NCBI GenBank assembly: GCA_038087875.1
Contig: CM075988.1
Coordinates: 12,214,001 to 12,278,000 of the forward strand
DNA length: 64,000 nt
Reading direction: 5' to 3'
From: Malacoraja senta
Taxonomy: Eukaryota
Position 1 is the first letter of the stretch. Each line of letters opens with the position of its first letter. The notes below the pieces were generated by a model. That model was not told the DNA's origin and did not search any database. It saw only the letters and a list, made by a program, of their open reading frames with translations. Of the stretch, positions 49,498-61,491 are shown piece after piece. The translations under genes and the position numbers were made by a program.

Positions 49498-51039
49498 TGA
49501 TGTTCTAAATGATGTTAATCTATACAAGCTTTACTGTGGACAAAGCATTTATACCTCACAACATAAATTAACAGTGCCTGGTTGACCCCCAGTCCATGGC
49601 AGGCAGCTCTATCCAGAGCATGGCTCATAGGTTTGGCACCAGCCATGACCCAGTCTGACGGTAAAGTCTCTACCATGAGCACCCCCTTAGTCTATGTGAC
49701 AGTCTTTTCTTATCAGCAACATTTCACATATAACAATTCTGAGCAGAAGCAAAATACATCAAAACACATTTGTCTGCAAAATGAAATGGCATATGATTAG
49801 TACAGAATATTCACTCAAGCTTACATCGGAGGGCTCCAATACCTGGCTTTTAGCTAGTGTCCACTGCAGCTCCATAGCCATTCTCTAGTAGCCCTCCATT
49901 TCCCATGCTCTCCCTTTAACCTTTCCATCCAATGAATCACTACCGGACATGTTGCAGCCTCACACTTTTCTGAGAGACACAAAGGTGTGCACTGCCTGTT
50001 TAAAGGGAATTATGTCCATTTGATTTGAGGGTGCGTTTGAGACACTTGCGATATATAAATGAAAAAGGTATGTTTGAAACGCATCTGTGGCTGATCGTAC
50101 CAAAATGAATCTGTTAAACTATTTGACGCAGCATGCTTCCAATTTCTCATCAATAGTCATGTAAACTGAGGAAGACTGAGAAATGGGCAGATTTAAATTT
50201 TGCAAAATGGAGAAAGAACATTCCAAGGCTTAACTTGCCTCACTCTGGCAGTGGACCCATAATTTGCTACAAACTGTTATCAGTACACAGAGGATTCAGT
50301 AAAACAACCTTTAAGTACAATCCACTTAAAAAGGTATTTTAAAAAAATGTGGGTTATCTAAAGTGATCAATAGTAAAGTACTTAATAATTGATGGTGCTT
50401 AACCTTAGAATAACTTTACCCTTTATTAAAAATAGATATAACCTTTACAGTACTCCAATTTTGGTGACGGATTAATAAATTGTTAAGCCATTTTTTGTAG
50501 GGGGTGCAGAACATTTAGATTAATCGCCTGCCAACATTGTTTTCTTTTCCCTTGTGAATATAACACTTTAGGAGTGAATTTTAGGTCGGATCTTTGACTG
50601 AACTTGAACCCATGATGTCTGCTGGCCCACATGTATCTGGATGTGGACTACTGGAATCTCTGACCTTCCCAGCCCACGGGATCCGGGATATGATGGGGCT
50701 TTGGTACTGTCCCACTGGGGCCACCACCTTCAAATGCCCTGTTAACCTTGGACAACTCTCCGCTGTTTTTTGTTTTTTAATGGGTTTGATTATCATTGAG
50801 CTTCAAGCTATGCAATTTGATCTAAAAAATTATTAACACAATGAAAAATAAAACGAATTAAGGTAATAAATTAGTAAATTAATAAATAAACTAATTAAAG
50901 TCCTTCAATGCAGCCAGATAATTCATAGCGCAAAAACTAAATAAAATTAATTCAATGTATATAATAAATTATCAGTTATTCTAAGGAAACCGGACCATGG
51001 TAGTGCAACGCAAAATCCATAATGTAACTGCAGTGCAAA

Positions 51040-51350
51040 GTTCAAGGTATTTGGTGCTGAGTTAGGCCTGTGCATGGAGTTGCACAAGAGCCGGTTGGTT
51101 GATGGGAGGATGCAGTTCTTGAACCTGGAGGAAATGGTTCTTGGGCTCCTGTACCTTCTTCCTGATTAGGAGCAGCGAGATGAGAAAATGGCCTGGCTGG
51201 TGTTAAGTCTTTGATGATAGTAGCTGCCTTTTTGAGGCATCGCTTCCTGCAAATCCCTTTGAGAATGGGAATTTTGACATCCGTGATGGACTTCACTTTA
51301 GGCAGCCTACTTCATTCCTAAGCATTCGAATTGCCAAACTAGGCTGTGAT
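51040..51350 (-). mobile_element. Old Rex1 fragment
   Basis: ORF ICRKRCLKKAATIIKD and frameshifted SGRR/FKN-like segments typical of the Rex1 C-terminus. Confidence 0.65.
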
Positions 51351-51369
51351 ACAATAAATTGGAAAGTTA

Positions 51370-51535
51370 GCTTGCCCTGCTCCTCCTCTCTTCTAGCTTT
51401 CTTTCCCCCCTCCCTCCCTCCACCCCACACACTCAGCGGTCTGAAGAAGGATCCTGAACCGAAACGTCACTTGTCCATGTTCTCCAGGGATGCTGCTTGA
51501 CCCGCTGAGTTACTCCAGCACTTTGTGTCCTTTTT
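51370..51535 (+). mobile_element. Penelope pLTR fragment with hammerhead core
   Basis: GGT-CTGAAGA-AGGATCCTGAACC-GAAACGTC-ACT at 51438-51471. Confidence 0.75.
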
Positions 51536-52149
51536 TTATGCAATGTCAGCCATACACCTGCAGAAGTTCAATAGAGTATTTAGCCGCATGCCAAGTCTTC
51601 TCAAACTTGTTGGTGAGCTTTTAAACACTGAACTGCTATACTGTGATAATAGTAAATATGCCAATTCAAGGGGAATCTTTTGCATTTATGTTCCAAGGTC
51701 CAGAGGAAAATAAAATAAGAATGGACTTGGTGGATATGTGAATGAAGCAGCAGCAGAATGAAAAAAAAGTAACAATGTACAAAGTTAGCCAGTGAACAAT
51801 TACAGGAACTCATCAGACAACCGTTGGAGAACAACCAACTAATATCTAAAATATTTCACCCGTATCAGCGGGAAAAGCAAGAACTGTTGCTATCAACCAC
51901 CAATAAAATAGTAACGTTTTTCAAGAAATATTGATAAATATTGCAGCAAGAAGTGATTCAATAAAAAGGAAGAGATCTCTGTGATGGGAAGAGTGCCAAC
52001 GTAGAAGGAATGGAGCAATGCAAATATTACAAGCAAAGCCTTGAAGTTGAATTCAATAATATATAGTTATTGTTACATAATGCCCATATTATTATACAAT
52101 AGCTATTATAACATGTAACATTATTATTCATATTTTTAATATGTGCTCA

Positions 52150-52850
52150 TTGCTGGCAATGCCAGTATTTATGCCCATTCTTAATTGCCCTTGAAAAGAT
52201 GATGGTGAACCACCTTCATGAATCACAGCAATAAGTACCACCATTATGTTGATGGATGGTCAGTTCAAAAATTTAGACTTGGAGACTATAAAGGAATGGT
52301 GATCCATCCAAACCTGGGTCACTTGTGAATTCAAGTCAGACCTGCAGGTGGCAGTGCTGTTCCAACCACCAGGTACCTTTGTCCTTGTACCAGATTTGGG
52401 AGGTGTTGTTGGAGTAGCCCAGCCAAATAACCATGGTGCATGTTATAGATGGTATACTTGGGCCATTGATGGTGGTGGAGGAAGTATTTACATTGGCAGG
52501 TGGAGTGCCAGTCTAGCAGGTTGTTTTGCTCTGGATGGTTGTTGAGCCTCTTCAGTGCCATCCAGGGAAGAGCAGAGAATGCCATCGTGCTCTAACATGC
52601 CTCGTGAATGGCTTAGAGATCTCAGAAGTGACTGGCTTACTGCATGTTGCCCACTCGCTTACCTGTTCTTACAGGTACATTGTTTCTGTGGTTCTATTTC
52701 TTGGCCTCCTAGTCGGTGGTAAATCCAGAATGTTGATGGTAGGAGGCTTGACAATGTCACAGTGAAGATAAATGGTTCAATTGTGTCTTGTTGGAGATGG
52801 TCATTTTTTGGCTGGGCTGACGTTATCACTTGTAACTTCAAGCCTTGCTG
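52150..52850 (-). mobile_element. Ancient LINE 3' region (CR1/L2 group)
   Basis: TGCCCATTCTTAATTGCCCTTGAAAAGATGATGGTGAACCACCTTC, same family as 33465-34100 and 47960-48195. Confidence 0.55.
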
Positions 52851-52939
52851 CCTGTAAGAAAATGTCTAACACAATATCTATAAGTTGCAGTTTCATGAAT
52901 CATGTTTCATGAATTCTCTGTGGCATAAATGTCTCGTTG

Positions 52940-53300
52940 CAGTGGTCATGAGAGGAATAGATCGGGTAGACGCACAGAGTCCCTTGCCCAGAGTAGTGGA
53001 ATTGAGAACCAAAGGACATAGGTTTAAGGTGACGGGGGGGGGGGGGGGGGGGGAGATTTAATAGGAACCCGAGGGGTAACTTTATCATGCAAAGTGTGGT
53101 AGGTATATGGTTGGAGCTGCCGGAGGAGGTAGTTAAAGCAGGTACTAACGCAATGTTTAAGAAACATTTAGACAGGTGCATGGATAGGACAGGTTTAGAG
53201 GGATATGGGCCAAATGCAGGCAGGTGGGACTAGTGTAGATGGGACATGATAACGGGTGTGAGCAAGTTGGGCCGATGGGCCTGTTGCCACACTGTAAGAT
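52940..53300 (+). mobile_element. CR1/HER1-type LINE 3' fragment
   Basis: GAGAGGAATAGATCGGGTAGA...GAGCTGCCGGAGGAGGTAGTT...GGGCCGATGGGCCTGTT. Confidence 0.88.
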
Positions 53301-53305
53301 TCTAA

Positions 53306-54087
53306 TGGGCCTGTCCCACTTAGGCGATTTTTCAGGCGACTGCTGGTGACTGTCAGGTTGCCAGCAGTCGCCTGAAAAACCAGCAACTGGAACGGCGACT
53401 GTCAGAATGGAACACACACACACATTGCTCCCTTCACCAGCCCATTATGCAGGCGGGGGACAGGGCAAGCGGTGGGAGCGCCGTCTGAGTGAAATTCACA
53501 CGGTGCAAAGTCAATATGATACAGACACACACCGCGATGAACAGGAAGGTAGGCACTGTAATTAAGAAGCTAAAGCACAGTGTACGGTAATTCCTTTAAA
53601 ATAGGGGGGGAGAGAGGGGGGAGAAGGAGTGGAGACAACTTTTAAGAAGCCAGAGGTACACGGCTGTGAAGCTTGGCGGACATTAACATTACCGGTTGGT
53701 TATCCTTGTTTCTGAAAATTACTGCTTATGGGTTTTTTTCCCAATGAGCCAATGAAATTCACCGATCAGCACAGGCTACAACCTATGAGAACCTAAGAGG
53801 ACCTTCGACCTCCTGGCAACCCACTAGGACCTCCTGGCGACCCACCTATGGCACGAGAATTCTCGCTACTCTCCATGGCGGCTTCATTCTAGTCGCTGCT
53901 AATTTTTCAACATGTTGAAAAATTCGCGGCGACCATAATGAGGCCGCAGCCAGTTCCCAGAATGCGGGAACTCCTCACGACCATGAAGGCGACTCCCCGG
54001 CAACCACTTGCGAACATGTGGTGACCATGTGGCGACTGCATAGTCTTCTGGAGTCGCCTATAAAGTCATCTAAGTGGGACAGGCCCA
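53306..54087 (+). mobile_element. PIF/Harbinger-type MITE family A, intact ends
   Basis: TIR TGGGCCTGTCCCACTTAG / CTAAGTGGGACAGGCCCA; TAA at 53303-53305 and 54088-54090. Confidence 0.92.
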
Positions 54088-54221
54088 TAAGACTTGGATA
54101 TTCACAAGGAAATATGCTAAGTTAGTGGGGCACTAAATGGCTCTAACAAGTCAGAGTAAAATTGCTATGTTAACTGGGCTTGAAGTAACTCTGATTTTGG
54201 TATCTAGATTGATGGTACATC

Positions 54222-55061
54222 CGGTGGCGCTGTTGCTAGTTGCCTCCACCTTCAGTCCGGTATCTTTTTGTTTTTTTGTTATGTTTGAAGAACGTTTTTT
54301 GTGGGGGGTTTTGTCTTTATGTGGGGGGAAGAGGGTACGGTAAGGGGGATACCGTCCTTCAGTCGCTTCCTGGAGAGGACGCGACTATTTTTCGAGTCGC
54401 GTCCTCGCCCACCCCCCCCCCCCCCCCCCCGCGGCCTACCTAATGGATTGGTGCGGCCTTTCCTGCCGGGAACGACCAGAGCTCCAGCAGCAGCGGCGCA
54501 GTGCTGGATACATCGCGGGGCGGGCGATGCCTTACCGGGGATCGCCGTTTGGAGCTCCGGAGTGTTGGGCCTGCTGCACCGACATCGCGGAGCTGTGATT
54601 CGCGGAGCTCCCAACGCGGGCGGCGCTGACCAACATCGCGGAGTCCTGCGACTCCGCCCGGCTCGGCCTGTGGACTTCGGGAGCCGCAGACTCTGGTGGG
54701 AGGTGGCTGATTTGGAGGTCCGGGCCGCTGAGGATGTTCTCCGTCGGGGTTCGGCGTCGGGGTTCCATCATTCCTGGCGTGAGGGCCTGAGCATCGGGCC
54801 GCCCGTGGCGGCGACTACGGGTGCTCGGGAGGCCCCGACCACGGGTGAACATCTGGGAAGATCGCCGGGGAGGCTGGCTGGACTATGGTACCTTCCTTAA
54901 CTTTGGTGACGCTGTGGGGTTGTGTTGTGTCGTGGACTTCTGTGTTTGCGCTTTTTTATTTATTTATTTATTTATTATTTATTTTTATGATACGTGACTG
55001 TAAGGAAAATCCATTTTGTTGTCTCTTATGAGATAATGACAATAAATTGAATACAATACAA
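54222..55061 (+). mobile_element. GC-rich non-autonomous retroposon (copy 3, Rex1-like tail)
   Basis: Same layout as copies 1 and 2: T-rich leader, GGTAAGGGGGA.ACCG motif, hairpin, CpG-rich body, ATGACAATAAA+(AATAC)n tail. Confidence 0.7.
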
Positions 55062-55749
55062 TGTCAGATGTTTTCCTCTGGATAAAACCCTTTCATACAC
55101 CTAGATGGCTTGCTCAACAAGTTCAATAAAGAGGCAACCAAACAGGCCAGTGTATAAGAATAGCAATTATTCATCCCTGAATTACACAATTGTGATCGCA
55201 GATTATTATTTTCAGCATTGATTCAAAGTATTGCATTCCAAAATTACAGACTATATATATATAGATACAGTCTGTAATGCAATGCTTTGAATATATATAC
55301 ACATTTATATATATATATTATATAATTTATATAAATTCTATTCATTTATTATTTAGATCAGAAATTCCAGAGAATATCTATATTACTAAAAGTCTGATCT
55401 TGACCGCTTTTGGCTCGCTGTGCTGCGATTTCCGAGAGAACGCCGCCACCTACGGCTGTCATTTTTGGCCACCTCGCTCAGAGCCCCCCTCCGCCTTCTG
55501 GGACAAGAGGATTTTTCCCATCGATGAAAGATCAGAGAGATATTAATGTTTTTTTTTTAATTGCCATTCTCTCTGCTGCCCCTGCTAAAGGGAGGGGGAG
55601 GGATTATAAAACCAGGAAGTGGTGTGCCTCACTCAGTCTCTGCAAGATGGAGGAAGCGTGAGGGTCACGTCTCTCTGAGCTCTGAATAACACTGAACACA
55701 TGTCTACTCAACTGTGAGTGCTCTTAATGTGGTTTGAAAATGAAAATAT

Positions 55750-56010
55750 GGTTGGTTTGAAGTAAAAATGCACTGCTAATGGTTGTTTGGGTTGAAGTAA
55801 AAATGCACTGCTAATGGTTGTTTGGGTTGAAGTAAAACTGCACTGCTAATGGTTGTTTGGGTTGAAGTACAAATGCACTGCTAATGGTTGTTTGGGTTGA
55901 AGTACAAATGCACTGCTAATAGTTGTTTGGGTTGAAGTAAAAATGCACTGCAAATAGTTGTTTGGGCGGGTTTTGGGTTGAAGTGAAAAGGCACTGCAAA
56001 GGGTTGTTTG
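55750..56010. repeat. 35-bp minisatellite, about 7 copies
   Basis: Unit GGTTGTTTGGGTTGAAGTAAAAATGCACTGCTAAT at 55781, 55816, 55851 and onward. Confidence 0.95.
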
Positions 56011-56387
56011 TCTAAACTTGACAACTTCCTGTTTGCACTATATTGATTTTAGGTAAAACACTACCACTTACGGCTGTGATTTTTTCCCATCTTACTCAGT
56101 CCCCCTCCGCTGATCAGGTGCAGAGGATTCTTCCCATCAATGAAAAGTAAAAGTGTTATTAGTGTTTAAAAAATGTTGAGAATCCCTCTCCTGTCAATCA
56201 CGCCATGAAGGCCGCACCTTTTCCGGTGGAAGGGGAGGGATTATAATACCCGGAAGTGTGGGTGTGGCTCAGTCTCTGTATGATGGGGAGGGAGATGTCA
56301 CAACTCTGTCTGAGCTGTGATTGAACTGAACACACTGAATATCTACTGAACTGTGAGTGTGGTGTTTTGTGTGGTTTTATGGTGGTT

Positions 56388-56740
56388 TCACCTTGCTTGA
56401 AATGGTATGAAACTGCATTTGAATGTGGTGGCCTTGCACCCTGCATGAAATGGTATGAAACTGCATTTGAATGTGGTGTCGTTGCACCCTGCATGAAATG
56501 GTATGAAACTGTATTTGAATTTGGTGGCCTTGCACCCTCGTTGAATGGTATGAAACTGCACTTGAATTTGGTGGCCTTGCACCCTGCTTGAAGTGGTTGG
56601 AAACTGCACTTGAATTCGGTGGCCTTGCACCCTGCTTGAAGTGGTAGGAAACTGAACTTGAATTTGGTGGCCTTGCACCCTGCTTGAAATGGTAGGAAAA
56701 TGGATTTGAATTTGGTGGCCTTGCACTCTGCTTGAAATGG
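56388..56740. repeat. 48-bp minisatellite, about 7 copies
   Basis: Unit GAAATGGTATGAAACTGCATTTGAATGTGGTGGCCTTGCACCCTGCAT with a 48-nt period. Confidence 0.95.
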
Positions 56741-57779
56741 AATTTCAAGGAATAGCCGTGAGTCAACTGCCAGCCCTCCAGCCGCGAGTGAGCTGCCAGC
56801 ACATCAGGCTTGAGGGACTGAGCTGCCACCCCAAGAATCCATTTGGCCCACAATGTCCATATTAGCCCTCTGGAGACCAGTAGTCCCCACAGCCAACAAC
56901 ACCCATACCAGCGCTCCAGAAAGCCCCCCCCCCCCACTGGCCACCAATATTGGAATTGGTGCAGAGGTGGAATATTGCGTCGGGGGACCAGCCCTCCCGT
57001 GTTAACATGGGACCCAACGGGTCCCACTTAGTCTAGTATACATATATAAATTATAAATAAATCCTCTGCCAACAATGAAAAAAAAGAAAATGTTGTACAA
57101 GTGATTTTTTCCCCCCCATTAACTGAATTTCCTACAAAGCTCTACAAAAATGGAAACTTGAAGCCAGGGTGATTGTTTCTATTGTTCTCAGCCCCCTCTC
57201 ATCGAAATCAACAACAGCATTGCATTGAAATTATGTTGCGAAACAAAAGTGGTGTGGTTCCTCTACAAAACTGATCTAATTAGAAATTGACAAAGCTCAA
57301 TGCCGCGTTTTGCTTCTGGCAAATCATCTCATAGCTGGTTTATCTGCAGGTGAAGCAATTTCCCTGATTATTTCTTTCATTATGCTAAGTTGTATCTAAC
57401 TCCACATTGAGTCACAGGCTCTGCATATTAAGTCCTAGCAAACAATGTTCAACATGTCCCTGAAGATCTGAAAATATCTATTATTTTCAAAGTCTTTGAA
57501 TCACCACCGATTTGAGTTCTGTATGATGCTATGATTTTATGTCCATAGGGGCTTATACTGTGGATTAATTCCCCTTCTTGTTGATATGTTCTCCATTCAG
57601 TTTGCTTACTGTGCCGTGATGAGACTTTGTATTTCTTGAATTTCCCAAGTTGTTTTCTTTACAACATGTTTTTGTTTTAAGCAGACAATGAATAAATACA
57701 TGGTTCTTTCCCATAATGCTGGGATTTGGGGTGAGTTTCTGTTGGGGATTGATGCTGTGTTAGAGGAGCAAGTACTTTA

Positions 57780-58765
57780 ATGGAAGTCAAATTCAAATTT
57801 GGCCAAAAAGAAGAAGGAAGCACCTGCAAGGTTTAAGAGGATGGAATCAGACAGGGACTTTGAGGAATATAAAGTGATGAGGAAATAACTCAAGCTGCTG
57901 ATTAGAAGGACTAAAGGGGACCACAAAATAGCTCTAGCAAGTCAGACTACAGAAAATGCCAGGGATTTCATACCAACATTAAAAACAAGAAGGTATCAAA
58001 TAGGAAAAGAGAGGACCACTCACGGATCAAAGTGGGAATTCCTATTTGGAGTCAGGGATTGTTTAGCGAGGAACTAAACGATAACTTGGCTTCTGTTTCC
58101 ACCAAGGGGAAGGACATGGAGGACAATGAGAACAGTGTGGGGAATGCTAATATGCTGGGGCAGATTGAGATTAAGAAAGGGGAAGATTTGGGGCTCTTGA
58201 AGTCCATTAAATTGGATAAATCCTCAGGACGTTGGGTTTTAGAGAGGAGATTGCGAGAGCCTTGATGAAGATATTTGCATCTTCGCTACGCACAGGCAAA
58301 GTCCTAGAGGATTGAAGAGTAGCAAATCTTGTTCCATTTTATAAGAAGTGAAGTAGAAGGAATCAAACGGACAATAGGCTCGTGAGCCCCACGTCGTTGG
58401 CAGGGAAGCTATTGAAGAGGATTTTTCGGGATAAGCATAGATAGGGTAGATGGTCAGAGCATTCTTCCCAGAATGGAAATATCAAACACCAGAGGACATA
58501 GCTGTAAGGTGAGAGAGGAAATGCTTAAAGGAGATGTGCAAGACAAGTTTTTTTTTCACAGAGGGTGGTGAGTGCCTGGAACACGCTGACTTGTGTGGTG
58601 GTGGATGCACATGCGATTGTGGGATTTAGGAGATCTTTGGATAAGGACATTGACATGCAGGGATTGGAGGAATATGGATTATGTGCAGGCAGATAAGAGT
58701 TGTTGTTGGCATCATGTTTGGCACGGAAGGGCCTGTTCCTGTGTAGTACAGTTCCATGTTCTATG
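57780..58765 (+). mobile_element. Degenerate CR1 LINE with internal deletion
   Basis: Pre-RT ORF2 segment (EELNDNLASV..IKLDKSSG; AATCTTGTTCCATTTTATAAGAAG) joined at about 58435 to the 3' tail. Confidence 0.8.
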
Positions 58766-60199
58766 CGGATGCTAAAAATCTGAAATAGTAACAGACAACG
58801 CTGAAAAATCCAGCAGCATCTATGGGAAGGGAAACAGTCGGCATTTTGAAAGGTTCAAAACATTGACTGTTTTTCTCTTTCCATAGATGTTGCTGGATCT
58901 GCTAGATTTTTACAGCATTATCTGCTTTTATTTGTATTTAGATGGTGCCTTGGACCATAATAACATGCACCCACATATGTCTATATGTTGTTGTCAGTAA
59001 GTGGAAGAGTAGTTTTGTATCATTTTATTCAGGCAACCCCTGCCTTCTGCATTTTCGGGTAAAGAAAGTTCACCATTATAGAATTTACAAATCACCATCC
59101 AAATCTTTGAGATAAAATAGGCTCTCACTGAATTTAGGTTGGAGTGGAGCAAAAAAAAAATGTTTTTCCAACTAGCTTTTCTTGAATCATGCTCAGATAA
59201 TGTTGTTTTGGGTTATGGAAAATCACAATATGATCCACCTTCTTGAAACACAACTCCCCGTAATGTAGGGATCACCATGTAAAGTATTAAAAAAGTACAT
59301 ACTTTGGTCATTTTCCTCTCCTTTTGAAAGGCATCTGAGACACCAGTGCTTAATCTTTGCACATTTAAGTACACCCAGTTAATAATGGTAGCGATGAACT
59401 GCCAAGGAAGCTCAAATATTTGTTTTGAAGGGAACATTGATGGGAAATTACGTAGAACTTTTGTCAATATCAACAATGAAATGGGACATGTTGGCCGGTG
59501 TGGGCAAGTTGGGCCGAAGGGCCTGTTTCCGCGCTGTAAGGCTCTACGAATCTAATTCATGTACAAAGGCTTCTGAGTCAATGTGTTCTTGTGCTCCATC
59601 CTTTACTAAGAAATGATTGGAATATGGCAGGGAGATAATGTGGACAATTTGAAATCCTTCATGTTTGAAATCACCCTGAATTTATTCTGTTTATTCTGCA
59701 TATATATTGAAATCCTGTCATTCAGCAATGTGGATCTGTTTCTCCTCTTCCAATGGTCCTTCATTCTGTTTCATGTTGCATACTTAATTGACCATACACC
59801 AAATGGAAATTTTGGAGGTGCAATACTGTTGGCAAAGCATGCAGGTAGATTGCTGGATTTCAGGATGCTCAAACTTTCACACACAATTATATCACTCCTG
59901 ACTGGGTCTGTTGCTTTTCCTGATGTGAAGCAATATATGCATGCACAATACCAGCTAAATATTCAGATGTTGAATTTAGTTAATCAAACTCCTCAGCGTA
60001 GCAAATGTAAATGACCTATGCTAATGAAAGTGGTGACATTCACTGAAAAACAAAGGGGGGGGAATAAAACAATGGCCAAAGCAGTGTTGAGAGAGTGAAT
60101 GCTATCTGCAGCCGACATGTGTGTTCACTGCAAACAATTGATAATCAGGACAGGCATTTTACATTGGCATTTGATTGGAATGAATAGTTCAACGTGCCA

Positions 60200-60602
60200 G
60201 ATTCAACGTGTTGATCTCCCAGCAGAGTGAGATGTCCGTCAGGGAATGTTGCCGACGGGCCCACTTCAGAATGCAGGAGTACGTGCTGAGGGACTCGCTG
60301 AAGCTCGGTGCAACCAATGCCAAGGCTCTGTGGGGGATGACCACAGTCGAGGGTCTGTCCGCAGTGAGATATTGGTGGGGGGTTAGTGTCTGGTGGAGAC
60401 GCCCCTCAAACAAGGGAAGGGATATCACCACAGGAGGCCACACGAGTGGCAAGAACACGTGGTAGAAAGGATAGTTTGCGAACACTACAAATATAACACC
60501 AATTAATGTATAAATGCTGAGAATGGTTGAACAGTTTTCTTGCACTTTTCTTGTTTTGCATTTATTTTTAAATTCTGAATAAAGTTTATTTTTGGAAAAA
60601 AA
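60200..60602 (+). mobile_element. L1/Tx1-clade LINE 3' end
   Basis: ORF EMSVRECCRRAHFRMQEYVLRDSLKLGATNAKALWG resembles, from recall, the Tx1-like ORF2 C-terminus; AATAAA and a short poly(A) follow at 60578-60602. Confidence 0.7.
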
Positions 60603-60689
60603 TGATCAAACATTTACCGAACTGGGAGTTTCTCTCACATTCATAAAGGGCCATTCAAACTGACAAGGGGTCCAAGTTTAATTGTGTAT

Positions 60690-60795
60690 TGGGCCTGTCC
60701 CACCTAGGCGATTTTTCAGCGGACTGCCGACGAGTGTCAAGTTCGCAGCACTCGCCTGAAAAACTGGGAACTGGAACGGCGACTGTCAGAGTGGA

Positions 60796-60878
<83 letters not shown>

Positions 60879-61491
60879 TCGCAAAGGCGGGGGCCAGGGC
60901 AAACGGGGGAGCGCTGTCTGAAATCACACGGTGCAAAGCCAAGGTGATACAGACACACACCGCGATGAACAGGAAGGTTGGAGCTGTAATTAAGACGGCT
61001 TGCACAGTGTACGGTAAGTCCTTTAAAGAAGGGTGGAGAAGGGGGGAGAAGGAGTGGAGACAACTTTTAAGAAGCCAGACAACTTTTAATAAGCCAGAGA
61101 TACACAGCTGTGAAGTTCGGCGGACATTTAACATTACCGGTAGGTTATCCTTGGTTCTGAAAACTCGTGCCTGTGTTTTTTTCCCCAATGAGCCAATGAA
61201 AATGACCAGTCAGCTTCAGCAAAGGCGACTTTTAGTTAAAAACTACCTACGACTACCTCGACTACCTACAGCTACAGGGTGACCCCACTACAACTGCACC
61301 TACAACGACAAAGTATCGATTTTCTCCATGGTGACCATACTGAGGCCACGACTAGTTGCCAGAATGTGGGAACTCCTCGCGACCATGAAGGAGACTCACC
61401 AGAGACCACCAGCGAACATGTGGCGACCATATGTGGTGAGCGGAGAGTCTCCTGCACTCGCCTAAAAAGTCACCTAAGTGGGACAGGCCCA
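60690..61491 (+). mobile_element. PIF/Harbinger-type MITE family A with expanded (CA)n
   Basis: TIRs TGGGCCTGTCCCAC / GTGGGACAGGCCCA; flanks TAT/TAA; CA tract at about 60796-60873. Confidence 0.9.

Larger units (their letters stand above)
55377..57036 (+). mobile_element. Non-autonomous Helitron
   Basis: 5' TC after host A; 3' CTAG before host T; subterminal hairpin TGGGACCC-AAC-GGGTCCCA (57008-57026); no TSD. Confidence 0.88.

Noticed and set aside
54279-54900. Long Arg/Pro/Gly/Ala-rich ORFs (also 5251-5785 and 9888-10481)
   Set aside because: Open in several frames on both strands because GC-rich DNA lacks stops; no protein similarity among the related copies.
55750-56740. CRISPR-like regular 35-bp and 48-bp repeats
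   Set aside because: Head-to-tail tandem units with no unique spacers and no cas genes, in eukaryotic DNA; they are minisatellites inside a Helitron.
59613-60014. 133-aa hydrophobic ORF
   Set aside because: Composition reflects T-rich DNA; no motif support.
60655-61282. His/Thr- and Cys/Val-repeat ORFs
   Set aside because: Translation of the (CA)n tract within a non-coding MITE.
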